63,231 nucleotides of DNA from Paraphysomonas bandaiensis (lineage: Eukaryota > Protista > Chrysophyceae): positions 1 to 63,231 of the forward strand of contig CBFFRP010000561.1 of NCBI GenBank assembly GCA_965644295.1, read 5' to 3'. Both the position numbers and the translations under genes were made by a program. The notes under the pieces are model-generated. The model saw only the letters and a list, made by a program, of their open reading frames with translations, had not been told where the DNA came from and did not search any database. Positions within the stretch are counted from its first letter, which is position 1, and each line of letters starts with the position of its first letter. Shown here piece by piece: positions 39,020-53,100 of the stretch.

Positions 39020-39295
39020 TTTACTTAGATCAAAGAGAGATTAAGTTGTTAGACTAGATAGATTTATTAATATCGTTTACACGAATTGTGTTAAACAACA
39101 CAAGCTCGTTTTGTGCCATGCATAAATCACTACTTCTGTAGACCTTTCGCTACTAAACATATCTTGAAAGAGCAAACTATTTCAGTTTTCTCAATATCAT
39201 AACAGCATCTACACATCACCATACTTCACTGTATTCTCGTACATTGTCTTCAAGTACCACATTGAATATACTAGGATACAGTCCATATTCTAATA
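39003..39295 (-). repeat. 5' LTR of the Copia element
   Basis: Identical to 33845-34137. Confidence 0.95.
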
Positions 39296-39475
39296 GTGCA
39301 TACACTATATATAGTAGTGAACGTCTTATTATTGCAAGTACGCATTAATTGTGGTTTTCCTAAACTTGTCTATTATGATAAAGTTGCTTTCAATACCATA
39401 ATTACGAAAGAAGATACTTTCTGTTCAAATCGAATATTAACGGTGAATAAATATATTTTTTCCCGGTACTAATAT

Positions 39476-39791
39476 GAGCGTTCTGTCGGTGTCATTTTAA
39501 AACTTTGTTCGTTTGTTCCTATTAAACTAAAACGTGTCATTTGTTCCTACTAAATTTTTTAGGTGTTCCTACTATACTAAAAATGGAAGTTGAGCCGTAT
39601 TTAAATTTAGTAGCATCGAATAAATTCTAAACTTAGCTAGTAGAAATGTTTGAAAAATTTGGTAGGCTCAGCTACCATTTTTAATGTAATAAGAACGTCC
39701 GCAAAATTTAGTAGAAAAAAGTGGCACTTTTAGTTTTTAACGAACGTCGGTTAAATTTCTTATGGACAAATATATTTCAGAGCGTTCTGTT
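39476..39791. repeat. AT-rich foldback/MITE-like element, copy 2
   Basis: Three GTTCCTAYTA sub-repeats (39515-39580) mirrored by TTTAGTAG motifs (39606, 39707). Homology to 5303-5378. GAGCGTTCTGT direct repeat at both edges. Confidence 0.55.
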
Positions 39792-39906
39792 GAACCCAAT
39801 TCAGGTAAAAATCACTTTTTCTGAGATAACATGGGGATATTACATAAATTAATAATTAGTGATCCAACAGAGAGTAGAACCGCAAACCATATAGATATCG
39901 TGAAAT

Positions 39907-40060
39907 CGTGAATGTCTTATTGTTGGCAAAATAGGCGTATAAGAATCAGAACAAATTTAGCAAAACAACCTAACTAGTGCTTAACTCTGAATTCGTACTC
40001 TATTTAACGCTACGAAAGCTGTCTGTGCGTCACCGCAAGCACCAAGGTGCTACCACTTTC
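39907..40060 (-). repeat. Dispersed repeat family R, partial inverted copy
   Basis: GTGAATGTCTTATTGTTGGCAAAATAGGCG...TGTGCGTCACCGCAAGCACCAAGGTGC aligns with 55999-56155. Confidence 0.8.
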
Positions 40061-40412
40061 TCTTCAAGCCATAGATATATTATATATTACATATTGTAGC
40101 TGTAGTTTTAATGAAATAGTCTTCAAGTCTAGTGCCTAGAAGAGTTTAGACTTAGCTGCTGAATTCTTGTAAGCGCACTGCAGGACAAGCAGAAAGAAAA
40201 TTGTAACTTGGGGCCTGAGTTAAACATCTAAATCATTAGTATGGCTAAGGGAAATTCAGGGTTTACTGAGGAAGGTAGTACTTATTGTCTTATTGTGAAC
40301 TACGTTTGTACCGCAATGTTCATTCACAAATCCACTTCGAACAGCTAGCAATATTATTTTTGAAAAGCACATATATATATTAGCCCTTGTTCTTATATAT
40401 GTCATACTATAA

Positions 40413-43400
40413 TTACACTTGTGTCTTGTGCCCTTCTGGATTCCAACACATCACATTTCCATCTGCTCCGGAAGTGAATATGTCACCTGTTGATGAGCAT
40501 ATTGCAGAGCACAATATTTTATCGGTGTGACCCACTAATGACGCTATTTTGACGAACATATGGGAGGAATCATCACCACGACTATTTCGCGCGGCGCTAC
40601 TCTGCAGTCGCCAGACACCACCCGTTCCATCAAACGATGTAGTCACAGCACATAACCCACCAAATGGTGTTTCGTTCCACAGACCGACACTCCTGACATC
40701 TGTGCCATGTAATGAATATGAACTGATCAATTGCCTCTCTCTTGTATCCACTAGTGACACAGAACCATTCGCATGACCAACAATAGTCATTCCAATATCA
40801 CGTAGGGAATAGCAGGAACAAATGTTGCTACCAAGGTCAATGCTCCAAGCAACAGACCCCACGCGGGTATCTTGGGCAAGTAGGAGGCCTTTGTCGCAAC
40901 CTGTTAGAACAATATTCGGTTCTAGCCACGAAATGCCGTGAATGTGAGCCTGATGTGCGGCCATTTTTGTGCATGATCCTACACATATAGAATAAGTTGA
41001 ATGAGCACATTCCTTCTGACTTACCGGTTTGTACATCCCATAGGCGCAGTCTACAGTCTCCAGCACCTCCTGAGGCTAGCTGAGTCCCGGCATCGTGGGG
41101 CGAGAAACGAACTGTTCTCACTGTGCCGTTGTGGTCTTTAAAAGTACCAGACACACCATATGCAGAATCCTGAGATCTACCAGATCTCCTGTGTGCAGGG
41201 ACACCAAAAGTTAGCATCACATAAGAGCAGAAAGAGGGTCACACACAGTACAATATACCCACCTTATCATTCGAATCAGCCTGTCATTGGATCCTGTGGC
41301 AAGAAGATCCCCATCCCCAGACCAATCACAAGTGTATATACTACACTTTTCCCCATGATGGACACCTTTGAGTTCACTTACTATGTGAACCGAATTGCTA
41401 GGCCTTTTCATCCCCAATATGGAAACAGTGTTCGCATTGCTGCCGATAGCGATACTAACATGTCCGCTCTTGTCGTCAATATCATCTGTCACAAGGCTGT
41501 CTTCCAGTGGGTCCTGCGAAGAAAAAGCAGTCACACATCGTAGAGGGGTCGTGTCCCGCCAAATGCACACAGGATGCACTTCAATTCCCTGTGGCCTCAC
41601 TTCACTCCATCGCACTGGAGTATGACGAGTTGATACCATCTCTGGCTCACATGGACGATCCGCGACTCGGCCTTTCCCCCGATCTCTGGGTGCGGCTGTC
41701 AAAGCCGGCTTGTGCTCACTGACAGCCCTGCGCGAGCTGTGAGAATGTCCCCGGCCGCCTCCTCGCTGTCCAACATTATGATCTTTCGTTGAAGCAGTCA
41801 CACCGGCAGTCGACACAGTGCGGGTATCAGTGGTCAGAGTATTAGCACTGAACACAGTCCCTTCATCGCGCTCTGCAGGTATATCCAACTCATCATAGCG
41901 CTCATACTTGTCTGTAAACTTTACACCTGAACCGCGACCACCACCAGAAGACAAGCCTCCACCACCAACCTTTTCTCCTCTACGTGAGTTGGGTCCTGCC
42001 CTCGCGCTTTCCGCGGTGCCATTAAGAGCAGGTGGCACAGGAACATCTCTCGTACAACCACCATCTTCATTAAAGTCAATACTCCATCCAGCTGCCTTGC
42101 GCTTTTCTTTGTCCGCATGATGTGGTGGCCCCTGTGAATCCCACCGAGCGCGATCAGTTCTACTATCTCCCGGTGGTGGATCATCAACCCCGACTGTCCA
42201 CTTTACAGGAGGCTTCGATGGGTATTCAGCGGTAGGTAAAGGGGCCTTTTGCACAGGAGGTTCATATTTAACATTCTGTATGTGGGGAGACTCTGTTTGC
42301 TTGTCTGGCCTAGAAGATGCTGGCAACGATCGAGAACTGTCCGGTCCGCTCCGTGGGATATCTCTATTTCGGCTCTTCGTATGTGTACGGCCGGACGATG
42401 AGGAAAGTGTCAGAACAGGGAGGCTACTTGGCACTACTCCCGGTATATCAGGGTACAATAACCCGGTCTTATCCACAGTCACGGGTATGGGGGAGGATAG
42501 ATTCTCTTCGCCAATACCGCGTGCGCGAACCACGCAACCCTCAAGCCCTAGCGCTACTATTTCCTCAAGTCCGTACTCCGGGTAGCTAATGGGAGAGGAA
42601 CCGGACCTAGGTAGGACTTCCTGGAGAAGATCCCAAAGAACATCAATACATTGGAATCGGCCCTGTGTCACACTCCAGTCCGAAAAGTCCGGGCTTTCGG
42701 TGAGTGACGCAAAAGTAAGGCAGTTGCAGAGTTTATTGAATTCCTATATATATCCTTACATCAGCAAGTTATGCTGAGAAATCAACAAAGTAACACGCAA
42801 AGATGGATAACTAATGTCAAAACTTATCATACCACTTGCGAACATAAGTCTTCAAGTGACTTTAGAACCTCCACAACTCTGTCCATCGTGATCTCGTCGT
42901 CGACATCAGAGTACCCTCCCTCAGAGAGGTGCCTCAGCGGGCGCCATGGGGTGACGTTATTGAGCGTGTCCTTCGCCCCTTGCCAACAAAGAGCCTCCAG
43001 GTACTGCTGCTTGCGGATAACAAACTCTACCTGTAGACATTCAGCTAGACAAAGTGGGATGCATAAGTAAAAAGTATTGACCTTATCGAACTGAGCGACA
43101 TACTTCTTTAGTGGGCTCAAATAAGCAAGAACATCATCCCATCTGGACAATCAATTGAATGGTGCAAAACACATTGTAACCATAGAGCCATACCTGCCCT
43201 CGAGTATAAGCTGTTGTAAGTGGAGCGCCTCGTTACCGCGCTCCACCTCAGACAAGCCCGTCTCCATTGCCAGCATGCATAGCGTATCGAACATACCATG
43301 TCGTCTCAAGTAACCCTGAAAGAACACCAATGAGATGAACTGACAGACTCCTCTGTGAGAGGGATCTTACTACCATTATAACTCGATCCAGTGACTTTTT

Positions 43401-43418
43401 GTCAAGCTCGAACTCCAT
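40413..43418 (-). CDS. WDR47: WD repeat protein 47 (nemitin): LisH/CTLH N-terminus, disordered linker, C-terminal WD40; multi-exon
   Basis: Spliced DRVIM|GYLRRHGMFDTLCMLAMETG...LHLQQLILEG|RWDDVLAYLSPL...IRKQQYLEAL. WD40 motifs AIGSNANTV, SIYTCDWSGDGDLLATGSNDR, HNGTVRTVRF, SGGAGDCRL. Confidence 0.85.
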
Positions 43419-43998
43419 TCCGCTCAGCGACCTTTCTACTACCAACACAGCAAAAACTAATCCAGCAGGTATCTATGGACAAGAGTATGAATAGCAAGGC
43501 GTATATTATGCTGTGTGTACATTACCACGGAGCATATATCAACCCAATCTACTCTTAGCTCCTCTGAGTACCGGAGTACACTTACAGCTTACAGCAGTAT
43601 GTGGAGATACACAGCAGTGTACCCGAGTACTTCCTACGAAGAACATCACATCACTCTAACTACATTCCTGCATACAAACACCCTACCGTGTATAGAGTCA
43701 TGTGTAGTGTACGACAGTGTACTACAAACAGAGTACAAGACTGTATTCGAAATCTGTCCGTTTGAATGTGCTGCATCACACACCCATCCATCAGAATTTG
43801 AATTCCTCGGAGTTTTCCACAGAATTCGGTGGATCCGTACCATCAGATATGGACAGCTTTGTATGATTGTATGACATCCAGACATTATGTGGCCAGTATA
43901 TATACTATGTGGACGTTGAAAACGACAAAGATTGTCCCACCCAATTACAAATCGCTCAAGCACCACCAATCAGATCACAATATCGTACACAGTGCAGA

Positions 43999-44844
43999 AT
44001 GTACCCTCTCTCACCTGGCAAGCGCAACCACAAGGAAGATTATACACTGTCCTCACTAATGGGTGATGCCTACTGGCCTCCAGCGCATAATACAGTGGAG
44101 CTACCACAATCTGACAGTGTTGACCTGAGCCAAGAGATAGATTTTGGAGGTCTACGTGGGGTTCACTATGGAACATCGTCTTTCCTATTTACATCCTTAC
44201 AGAACGATACCTCACTCTCTGACTGGTCTTTTAGTGGGTTGTCAGACTCTCATTTTCCTATCGGTGGCGGAGTAGACACCCTCGGATTTAGTCAGCTGGA
44301 TTTGTCATCGCCTCCAACAAGAAACCGGTCGTCTATAATTACCGTATCATCTGGGATAGATTCGTGTGTTGATAACGCTCTGCACTTGTCTGACCGCCTG
44401 TCTCCATATGAAACCTGTAGTCTGAGTGGTGAGAGTACACACTCTTCCCCAGTAGGGTCTCCCAAGATCGTATGCACCACACTGACTCCTGATGACACAA
44501 CAATGTTGTCATCACTGTCAGTTCTTTCGTGCCCTAATTCTTACCATGGTGACGTTGACATAAGTTTACAATCCGAGGTCAGCAGCAATCTATCCTTTTT
44601 ACAACAAGTACAGTCCCAGGCCATGCCAAATCGCACTCTATTTTATTCTCCAGGCAAGCGCTTTACTGAAAGAGACAAAATTGAAGACGCTCCTAATTGC
44701 AGTGATTGTTTTTTGCCTTTGAGACCGTCCCGTATATGTGACTGTCAACTATCTCTAGACAGTGATTTATCAATGGAGATGATGCCACTCCAAAACGACA
44801 AGGAAAATTATTCACGGAATAGATTAAAAGGAATACCTGGCTAA
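43999..44844 (+). CDS. Ser-rich low-complexity hypothetical protein (SP sites, C-terminal DKEN)
   Basis: Long uninterrupted ORF, divergent from WDR47, with no recognisable domain. Confidence 0.55.
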   Translation: MYPLSPGKRNHKEDYTLSSLMGDAYWPPAHNTVELPQSDSVDLSQEIDFGGLRGVHYGTSSFLFTSLQNDTSLSDWSFSGLSDSHFPIGGGVDTLGFSQLDLSSPPTRNRSSIITVSSGIDSCVDNALHLSDRLSPYETCSLSGESTHSSPVGSPKIVCTTLTPDDTTMLSSLSVLSCPNSYHGDVDISLQSEVSSNLSFLQQVQSQAMPNRTLFYSPGKRFTERDKIEDAPNCSDCFLPLRPSRICDCQLSLDSDLSMEMMPLQNDKENYSRNRLKGIPG

Positions 44845-45655
44845 AGTGATATACCTTGACCCATATTGAAGTAATAGGATGCGGACGATTATGGTCTCAT
44901 ACATTTTTACGTTTAAATACAGTCGAATGGCTTGCTTTTTATTAAACGATGGGATGTCGTGTTACTGTATATGTATGGCTATTTATGAAGTATTCGATAT
45001 GAGTGTTTCTTGAGGATGTGTACTTCGTACATGTACAGTAGCACTCTCATTTAGGTCATGAAGGAGTCTTGGAATAGTGAAGAAACCTCATATATCATGG
45101 ATGTATGTTATTACCTCACTACACGACGTGAAATATTGTGTTGATCGCAACGATGAAGGCTCCTCATAAAAAAAGTACTCGTATTCTAGAATCCCAATGC
45201 ATTTCAATGTAGCTGAAATAGCCGAATGAATATAACACAGTTAGTTTGAAATACTGTAATAATATCGTGTTGCGTTTATACAAAGATCAGATATACAGAA
45301 ATCGCCAGCGATTACAATGATTACAAATAGTCTATAGCCTTCCACGATATCATAATTGCAGTCATACTAAATCGCATTATTATTTGTATTGCAAAACTGG
45401 TTTGAACTGGATCAAAGAGATCTTTGCTGCAAATAAAAATATCAAAGAAGTAACTCACTAATATTAGACTTTGCACATGATGCAGAATATAAAGTTTGCA
45501 CTAACATAATTACGCTCAACTAGTTTAATATATATTTATTACTACGAACAGTTTATTACGCTCAACTAATTTTATATATATTTACTACTTCTACCAGGCT
45601 ACAAAGCGTTTGAACATATATATCTCGTATTCTACCACGTAAGTATCAACAGCCA

Positions 45656-46648
45656 CTAAACAGATGCCTGCGCAGGAGATCGCACAGTCATTTCTGTGTT
45701 CTCTTCTTTCGATGGGTTGGTCATATTTCTCATAGCATCTAGTTTATTTCCTGCTTTAATTTGTTGATACACCATAGGATTCCTTCCATGAGTGGGAGGC
45801 ATGCGTCCCGACTGATCATCTTGCTCGCAATCTGGACGATCCGTGTTAGTGCCATATATCTTCGTCCAAAATCTGTAGCAATATACAACTGATATAATTG
45901 TACCCGAACTCGCTATGCAAGCACTAGAGAGTATGTCAAGCGCAAGGTATTGATACCCACCACCGACTCGAAGTCCAACAACCACTACATACGGGCACCA
46001 GGATAGACCAAATATCAAGGGATATATCGCTGACATCTTTGCATCAAAAGATAACTCGAGTATACCCCCATCATTCGCACCATAAACAGTTGATAATATA
46101 AGCAAAGCCTCCTCAAGTCTCTTCGATATCATGTAGTAGTACATGACACTTCCCACAACGCAAACATATAATGGACATAAAAAAACTAAAACGTATGTAC
46201 TGTTACTTTGAAAACTGTAGTCTGAACGACAAGTGTAGTCCGCAGATCTCAGCGCAGTACTCAAGATAACTAGCAGGGTCGGTACTATTATGATAACATA
46301 GAGAGCAGTTCTGCAGAAAGCGTCACTTGGAAAATGGAGATTCTTCAGAGTTTTCATCGATATACTACTTATTCCCATTGCAAAGAAGGCTTTGTATAAA
46401 ATTCCGGCTTGATATAAATAATCCAATAGGCAACATTTGACATAAGATGTTTCGGAAAACTCATTCTTATCGCCTGAAAGCCACGATATGCAAAGTACTA
46501 TATCTGCAAACGCGAGCAGCAATAATAGATGTAACGTGCTCGATTCTTTAAATCGTTTGTTTAATAAGATCATGACGGACATACATGTCGAAAACAAAAT
46601 GGAAATTACAGAGCATATGAGATAAGTAGTGTATAATTCCGAGTCCAT
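45656..46648 (-). CDS. 7-TM G-protein-coupled receptor, cAMP-receptor/GCR1-like
   Basis: Seven hydrophobic segments; LLLLAFAD in TM2, Cys before TM3, IYPLIFGLSWCP in TM6, SSGTIISVVY in TM7. Confidence 0.75.
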   Translation of the reverse strand: MDSELYTTYLICSVISILFSTCMSVMILLNKRFKESSTLHLLLLLAFADIVLCISWLSGDKNEFSETSYVKCCLLDYLYQAGILYKAFFAMGISSISMKTLKNLHFPSDAFCRTALYVIIIVPTLLVILSTALRSADYTCRSDYSFQSNSTYVLVFLCPLYVCVVGSVMYYYMISKRLEEALLILSTVYGANDGGILELSFDAKMSAIYPLIFGLSWCPYVVVVGLRVGGGYQYLALDILSSACIASSGTIISVVYCYRFWTKIYGTNTDRPDCEQDDQSGRMPPTHGRNPMVYQQIKAGNKLDAMRNMTNPSKEENTEMTVRSPAQASV

Positions 46649-47142
46649 TCCTGTTACACGATTTCAAATATTGGAGGAGTCCACCGATAATAACGCTGAC
46701 AGTTAAATAGTCACCAGGTTTCAAGGGATTGAGCACAGTGGACTCAATAATTATGTAGATTTTTTTTTAAAAAAAAACATCAGCATCATATAAGCCAATG
46801 CGAGGAATGACAGACGTAATATACTGATATTATTGGTCAGTGTATTAGAATTTTTTTCGAAAAGGAGTTCTACATACTGCTGTATATGTACGTATTTTTT
46901 GTCTGTTTTATTTAGATGAGTCTTTTCTCAGTCGTGAAGTCGAAGTTATATTTGTAACACCACAAACTGTGAAGTGTGCTGTCTTCAAAGAAGAAGTGCG
47001 AAGTGAATGATTCTTATGACCCCTCAATCACACTAATGTATTGAATCACTCGCTCATACATACACACATACCTTATTACTATTAATACTGCTAAACTTAT
47101 CCGTCCAACTCGTTCACCTCACCTCAGTAGAGTCTGGCCTGT

Positions 47143-50100
47143 ATGGCAAGCAAAAATCAAATCCTGAATAGATCCGAGAGTGAATATGATTTGGATATCG
47201 GCGATTACGCAAATTTTCAGTTGAAATTCACTAAAGATCGGCCCTCATCTCGCCAGGGCTCCGTTCAAAGCGATGATCGTGATGGCAGGTTCTCGTTGAA
47301 GGATAAATCCGCGAATCCGACTGACCAGGATGAGAAATCTTTATATGATATTGATTCTAAATCTGATAATGAGGTAAGAGTGTGGGTGGACATATGGTAC
47401 ATACGTGACATCTTATATAGGCCAATCGATATGATAATGGCCCATTGCTTAATATGCATGAAGAATCAATATCTGCAAGTCGTAGTGGAAAGTTTGCTTT
47501 CGCCGGCGATGATACCACTGACCAGCTAGAGGTCTGTTCTTTCGGTAAACTATATCTGCAATTCATTTTTCCCTTTCACAGAATAATATAGAAGATCGAC
47601 CCATCCTTGCTGAAAAGGTGTCTGATAGCGACAATGATGGTTACGAGTATACACCAATGAACTTACAGTACGATTATATGAACCACGGAGAGCAGGAGGG
47701 TGACCATGCTGTGCATAATCTTTCTCCGTCTCCAGCGGGGGAAAAGGGGGATTGGATTGAGTGCTATGACGAGTCGTCGCAAATGAACTACTACTTTAAT
47801 CAGATAACAGGGGAGAGCACTTGGGATCGTCCGGCTTCCCTTGGGGGTAATGATGGCAATGCAGGTGGGTATGACGACTACAACAACCAATATGGTGGTG
47901 CCGAAACGAATTACTATCAGCATGGGGATAGTGCTGTGAACACCCCGGGACAAGACAATGACTCAAAACGAGAATGGAACGACTTTGGGTTTGGCTCCTT
48001 TGAATCTGCATGGAAGCCATCTGATATAGCCACTCCAACTATTGATAATGGCGTAGACCTTGCGTATCGTTATAATGCCTCGGGTAGCGTAGAGCTGAGT
48101 AGTGATGACGAAGTGAGTGCCACAGACGGACTACCAGTCAGCAAGAATATACTCTCCAGTGGGTATGATACGCTAAAGAGAAGAGAGCTGCTGGAGGACG
48201 AAGAGGAGCGGATGAGAAGAAAGTTTGAGAAACTGAAGCGTGGTGCCGCAGTCATGCGTTCCCGGCTGGGTTGGGAAGAATGGCTTTCTGCCCAGGGAGC
48301 TATATTCTATGCGGAAAAAGGTATACTTGCAAGAGATGTAAATATTTTATTTTCTGATGGGATTCTTGGATTAGGTAAGAAGGGTGGGCAATGGAAGATA
48401 CCGCAGGTGTTCGAACGATTGGATGCGGAACTTGCAATACAGGAGAAAAGCAAAAGTCGACTTCAGGTAGTTGGTATTTCGACTCTTCAAACTTCTGTGA
48501 CATATGTGGAACGAAACAGCGCAAGGAGTACCTCGACGAGGAGAAGCGCAAGGCAAATGCCTACGCCTTCATGATACAAGGATGGGAAGAGAAGCGTAAT
48601 ACTTCAGCAGATGCATCTCGGTATGACGATGTGGATGGACTTGTGGAGGGAACACTGATTAGTGACGTATTTGATATCAAGAGGAAAGAAATGGGCTCTG
48701 AGTACAATGGAAAGAAGAAGGAATTGAGCGCCCGTGATTTTGCAGCAACTAAAGAAGTTACTCCGGATATGCTAGATGCGTTGGAGGATAAGGAGCGGTA
48801 CGATGAGTATGGTAATAATATCAAGCTCGGGGACAGGTACGCAATAGGTAGCCTTCTAAGCTATCCTGATGTGTGTATTGTATTCGATTGGTCAATGGCA
48901 TTCGATTCAGGTACAATGGCAAACTGAGTGAAGTGACCACTGGTATGAAGCAGATATATAAAGCTCTGAGGTCTAGAGATACGGATGTAGATGTAGCTAT
49001 TGATGCACAGGTGAATTGGTCCGTTTTATATTATAGTTGTCTAAATACATAGACGTAGGCCTTGGAGAAACGAACTCAGAAAGCGAAACTTCGTTGGCAA
49101 CAGTACCTGGAAATGAAGACGGAGCGAGAGCGCTCAATGTTTGGCACTAAGGTTGAAGACGCAGAATTAGATAGCGATGAAGATGATGTCATGAATTTCA
49201 CAAAGCTCTATTCACGCTCTATCATCGCTGGTCAGAGGTGGCCATGGACCAAACTGGTGGATATTGAAACAGACCGGCAGTTCTATCGAAATGAGATGGA
49301 AGACTACTTTCAATTCGCACCCCCACCTGAGTTTGGTGGCGTAGCTAAAGTAAATACTGGGCAAGGAGGTTCTACAGCGAACACTTCACGCCGAAGGCAA
49401 GGTGTAACTGGAGGCATCAATGCTAACGATGTCACTCGTGCGGTCACTTCTGGTGAAATTCGCTAATCTGTTTGTTTACAATATGTAACGCCTGGCGCAG
49501 GAGGAACCAGTAATAGTGTTGAGGATGTGGACAGTAAAGTATATTTAAGAGAAAAGTTTAACCGTGAGATTTCAGCCCGCCGCGATTACTTTACGAAGCA
49601 GAATAAAATTCTACGAGAGCTGGAACGTGGTCAGCCAGACCTGAACACGAAGTTTTTAAGTCCTTCTCGTCGAATGAAGGCAGCACTTCAATTTGCTCGC
49701 AATCGCTCTGGTACTCCCGCAGGTCCCCCAGCTGTGAGGAAGAATAGTGTATTTTATCGGGGGGTGACAACGGCCAACCAGAGTCCGTTGGAAGACTTAT
49801 TGCCTCCTGAGCGGTATCGTGTTGACAATAGTCAGGATAGACATCGCTGGAGAGATCTGAGTGAGATACAGAGCGGAAGATTAATTGGAAAGGGTGATAA
49901 GTTGGGATGGCATGACTCACATACTTTGTTATTGAGGTTACGTCGATTTTCTGACCTGAAACACTTTCTTGATCAAATGCAAACTAATACAAGAAGAGGC
50001 CGTGGAGGAGGATCAGGTGTACTCGTGAAAGGAGGTTTGGAATCTCTCTCTCAGGTCCGAGGTAGTGGGATCGAAAGTTCAAGCCGGTACAAAGGTGTTG

Positions 50101-53100
50101 CAAGAGATACCGGTTAGTCGCTTGTGTTGATTGATGTACTCTTCGAACTTCTATGTCTCGCTGTAAATGTCATGTATTGTTTATTAGACTCTCTTGATGA
50201 CGGGCCCTCTGTCAGAGGTATGACGGATAGTGCTTTTGTGGTTTCTTCGACACAGTCTAGATTTCGCTTTCCTCAGAAAGACTTTAAGCAATCTCTAAGT
50301 GAAGTGGAACGGACGGCAGCGCAGAGGCGTCAGGCAGCACACAGAGCGAAACAGCGTGCGTCACAGGTAATATTTCCCAAGACATAACTCTACAGTTTTC
50401 ACTCTACAGTTTTCGCAGATTAAGGCTGCGGTGTCCTCGTTTCACCACCTTGTAGATATTTCTGCCACAGATGAATCATATCTCGAGAGTGAAATTGTTC
50501 GTCGACATTTACTGGAAACTGCAGTTTTTCTCAAGTCATCCTTGTCCCGTCCTTTACGGAAAAATGAGATGCGTGCCTACACTGGAATGCGGAGGTATGT
50601 TCTTTGTCCTCATAATTTGAAGGCATCGGATCTATCCAATATACCTGGCCAAGAAGTGATCGAATTACAGAGGTGGAATGTACACATATTTGACACCAAT
50701 CTCCTGTCATCGTGCTCGAAGGATCCCAGTCCATCAAATCAATTGATATTATATTCCAAGAAAAGTAATGGGAAGATTCAGTCAGGAGTTCCGTTTGACA
50801 TCAAGTATAAGCAGTGGAGACAACCGTTGAAGCGCTTGCGATGGTATGATAATGGCAAAATGTATAGTGGGCTACGGCATGGAAAACGAATGGTAGACCT
50901 CGCTTCCGATGCCTTTGGGGGAATTCTTTTTTTCTGTCCGGTGAGAGAAGTGTACAGCTGGAAGGAATCAATCGATGCCAGTTACTATGATATCCTGTCA
51001 GACACCGCTGCAGAGGCCACCCGTAGCAGAAAGGCATTCAGACCGAATGGCGCATCAATGGATGCTTTGACCTCGGATGGGTCCACTGTAGATACTGTGG
51101 AGAGAGCAGCGAGAATGATGAAAAAAGATTGCCGCACATATAAACCTACGGCTGTCCTTGAGCGCCGTAATTACAATATATGGGCTGAGGTGGATATGAC
51201 GAAACCAGCGAATAGGAGAGTTTCAGTGGTTCCCGAGGAAGAGAGCGCAAGTCAGGTTTCTGGGAAACCTCCGAAAAACCGTTCACCATACAAACCTGAA
51301 TCAGTGGTGCCTGAAGCAGACAACATTGACCCAAAGTTTAGAGTAAAAAAGTTTATGAATTTGTTTGTGGACTTACTAAAGACATCAAATTTGAACCCTT
51401 CATATATTCCACTTCCTAAAGATCATTCCGGGCCTCGCATTACTGCTTTTGATGAACCGGACACGGACCCATTAGAATTTGAAGATGAAATGACTACATC
51501 AGACTATATGGAATACACTGACCAGATGTACGATCTAATTGACAATCCTAATGATGTCCCTACTCTCCTATCACTTTGTGAATTCTTGTTCAAACGAAAG
51601 CTTATACGCGAAGTTGTTGTGGTTCTAATTCGCGTTTTGGAAGTGTCTGATGAAAAAACGTACAGTACACCTGAAGAGTTAGCTATTGTTCTCCTCCTCA
51701 CAGTTCAAATATTTTGCAAAGCCACTTGCGACTTCCGTGTACTGCATATTTTAAAAGCTGTTGCAGAACTCTGCCCTGAGAATTCACTTATACTTGCTAT
51801 GGTAGCAAGAGTATACCACCTATTGAGACTTCATGACAAGGCGGAGGAACTCTATGTGGGATCCCTTTTGCTAGATCCGACGTGTGGCCATGGGCTGCGG
51901 GGATACGGTCTGTTAATGGTGGAAAAAGGAAACCTGTCTGCAGCCGGTAGATATTTATCGAGAGTGGATGGTTCTTCACGGCTGTACCTGAATGCTAAGG
52001 TAGAGAGCGCGTGGGTGATGGAGATGATGCGAAGCACGGATGAGGCTTTGCAGTTAGCATATCAGGCTGTTTTATCTAGCGGTCAAAAATGCCACCCTAC
52101 ATCTCTTGCACTGGCATCTCTTGGTCATTTCTATCACGTTAGAGGAGAACCAGTACGGGCGGTGGAATATTACAGTCGGTGTCTTCAACAGAACTCAAAA
52201 AATGCTTATTGTTTGATAATGCATGGGTGTGCCAGTGCATCCACAATCAGTAAAGAAATGGCGACATCAAAGATTCAGACCTTCAGTACTCTGAAAGAAA
52301 CCAAGAGTCGATATGCAGATAATGATGATGTTGTTAGTGGAAATGGAGTCATATCCAGAGCGGGATTGGATTGCGAGCTGATCATCAATAAAGAAGATGA
52401 GGCCATCGACGCGAAGTTTCGTCGTGGTCTTTTTTATCTTAAAGGAGGAAACAGGTACGAAATACAACGTGTATGCTAGAGGATTTTAAATGCTGAAGTC
52501 AATGCAGGTGGATAGCTCTATTGGCGTACGCGGAATTCATCACAAGTCGTCTGAAGGATATGCAGCGTGCAGAGGATGTATTTTGGGAGGCTGCCAGGTA
52601 CCCTCATATAATCGATGAGTGACGAGTTGTGTTAAGTGTACACCACTGCAGGCTTTCCGCGACGCATTCTGTTTGGCCAGCTATAGCTTTGGCACATTTC
52701 TATCTGTATATTAGGGACGATGTAACAGCTGCGCGCCGAGTTCTCCTGTGGGCCTCACAGCAACGAGAGATTCCTTCAGCTGGGCACCATGGCGACGACG
52801 ATTTAAGCGTTGACGATGAAGGTGACAGTTTTCTTTGCTACTGACCTTCTTTGAAATGATTGCGTACAGATGAAGTTCGAGCCAATAAAGTGGTTTCAGA
52901 TAAAAACCAAAGCGAAGAAGCATCTGTTTGTGTGGCCCATGCCTATTGTCATTTTGTACGGAAAGAATACCGTGACGCGCAGAGTCAAGTCCGAAGTGCT
53001 CTGAAGTTTGACAAACGTAGTCCACCTGCCCTTCGCTGCCTGGGGCTTATTGAGTGGTTCCAGGGACATAAATCTCAAGCTACAAAGCTCTTGTCGAAGG

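Larger units (their letters stand above)
33845..39295 (-). mobile_element. Full-length Ty1/Copia LTR retrotransposon (5451 bp)
   Basis: Identical 293-bp LTRs (33845-34137, 39003-39295), PBS, PPT, and domain order gag-PR-IN-RT-RH. Confidence 0.97.
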
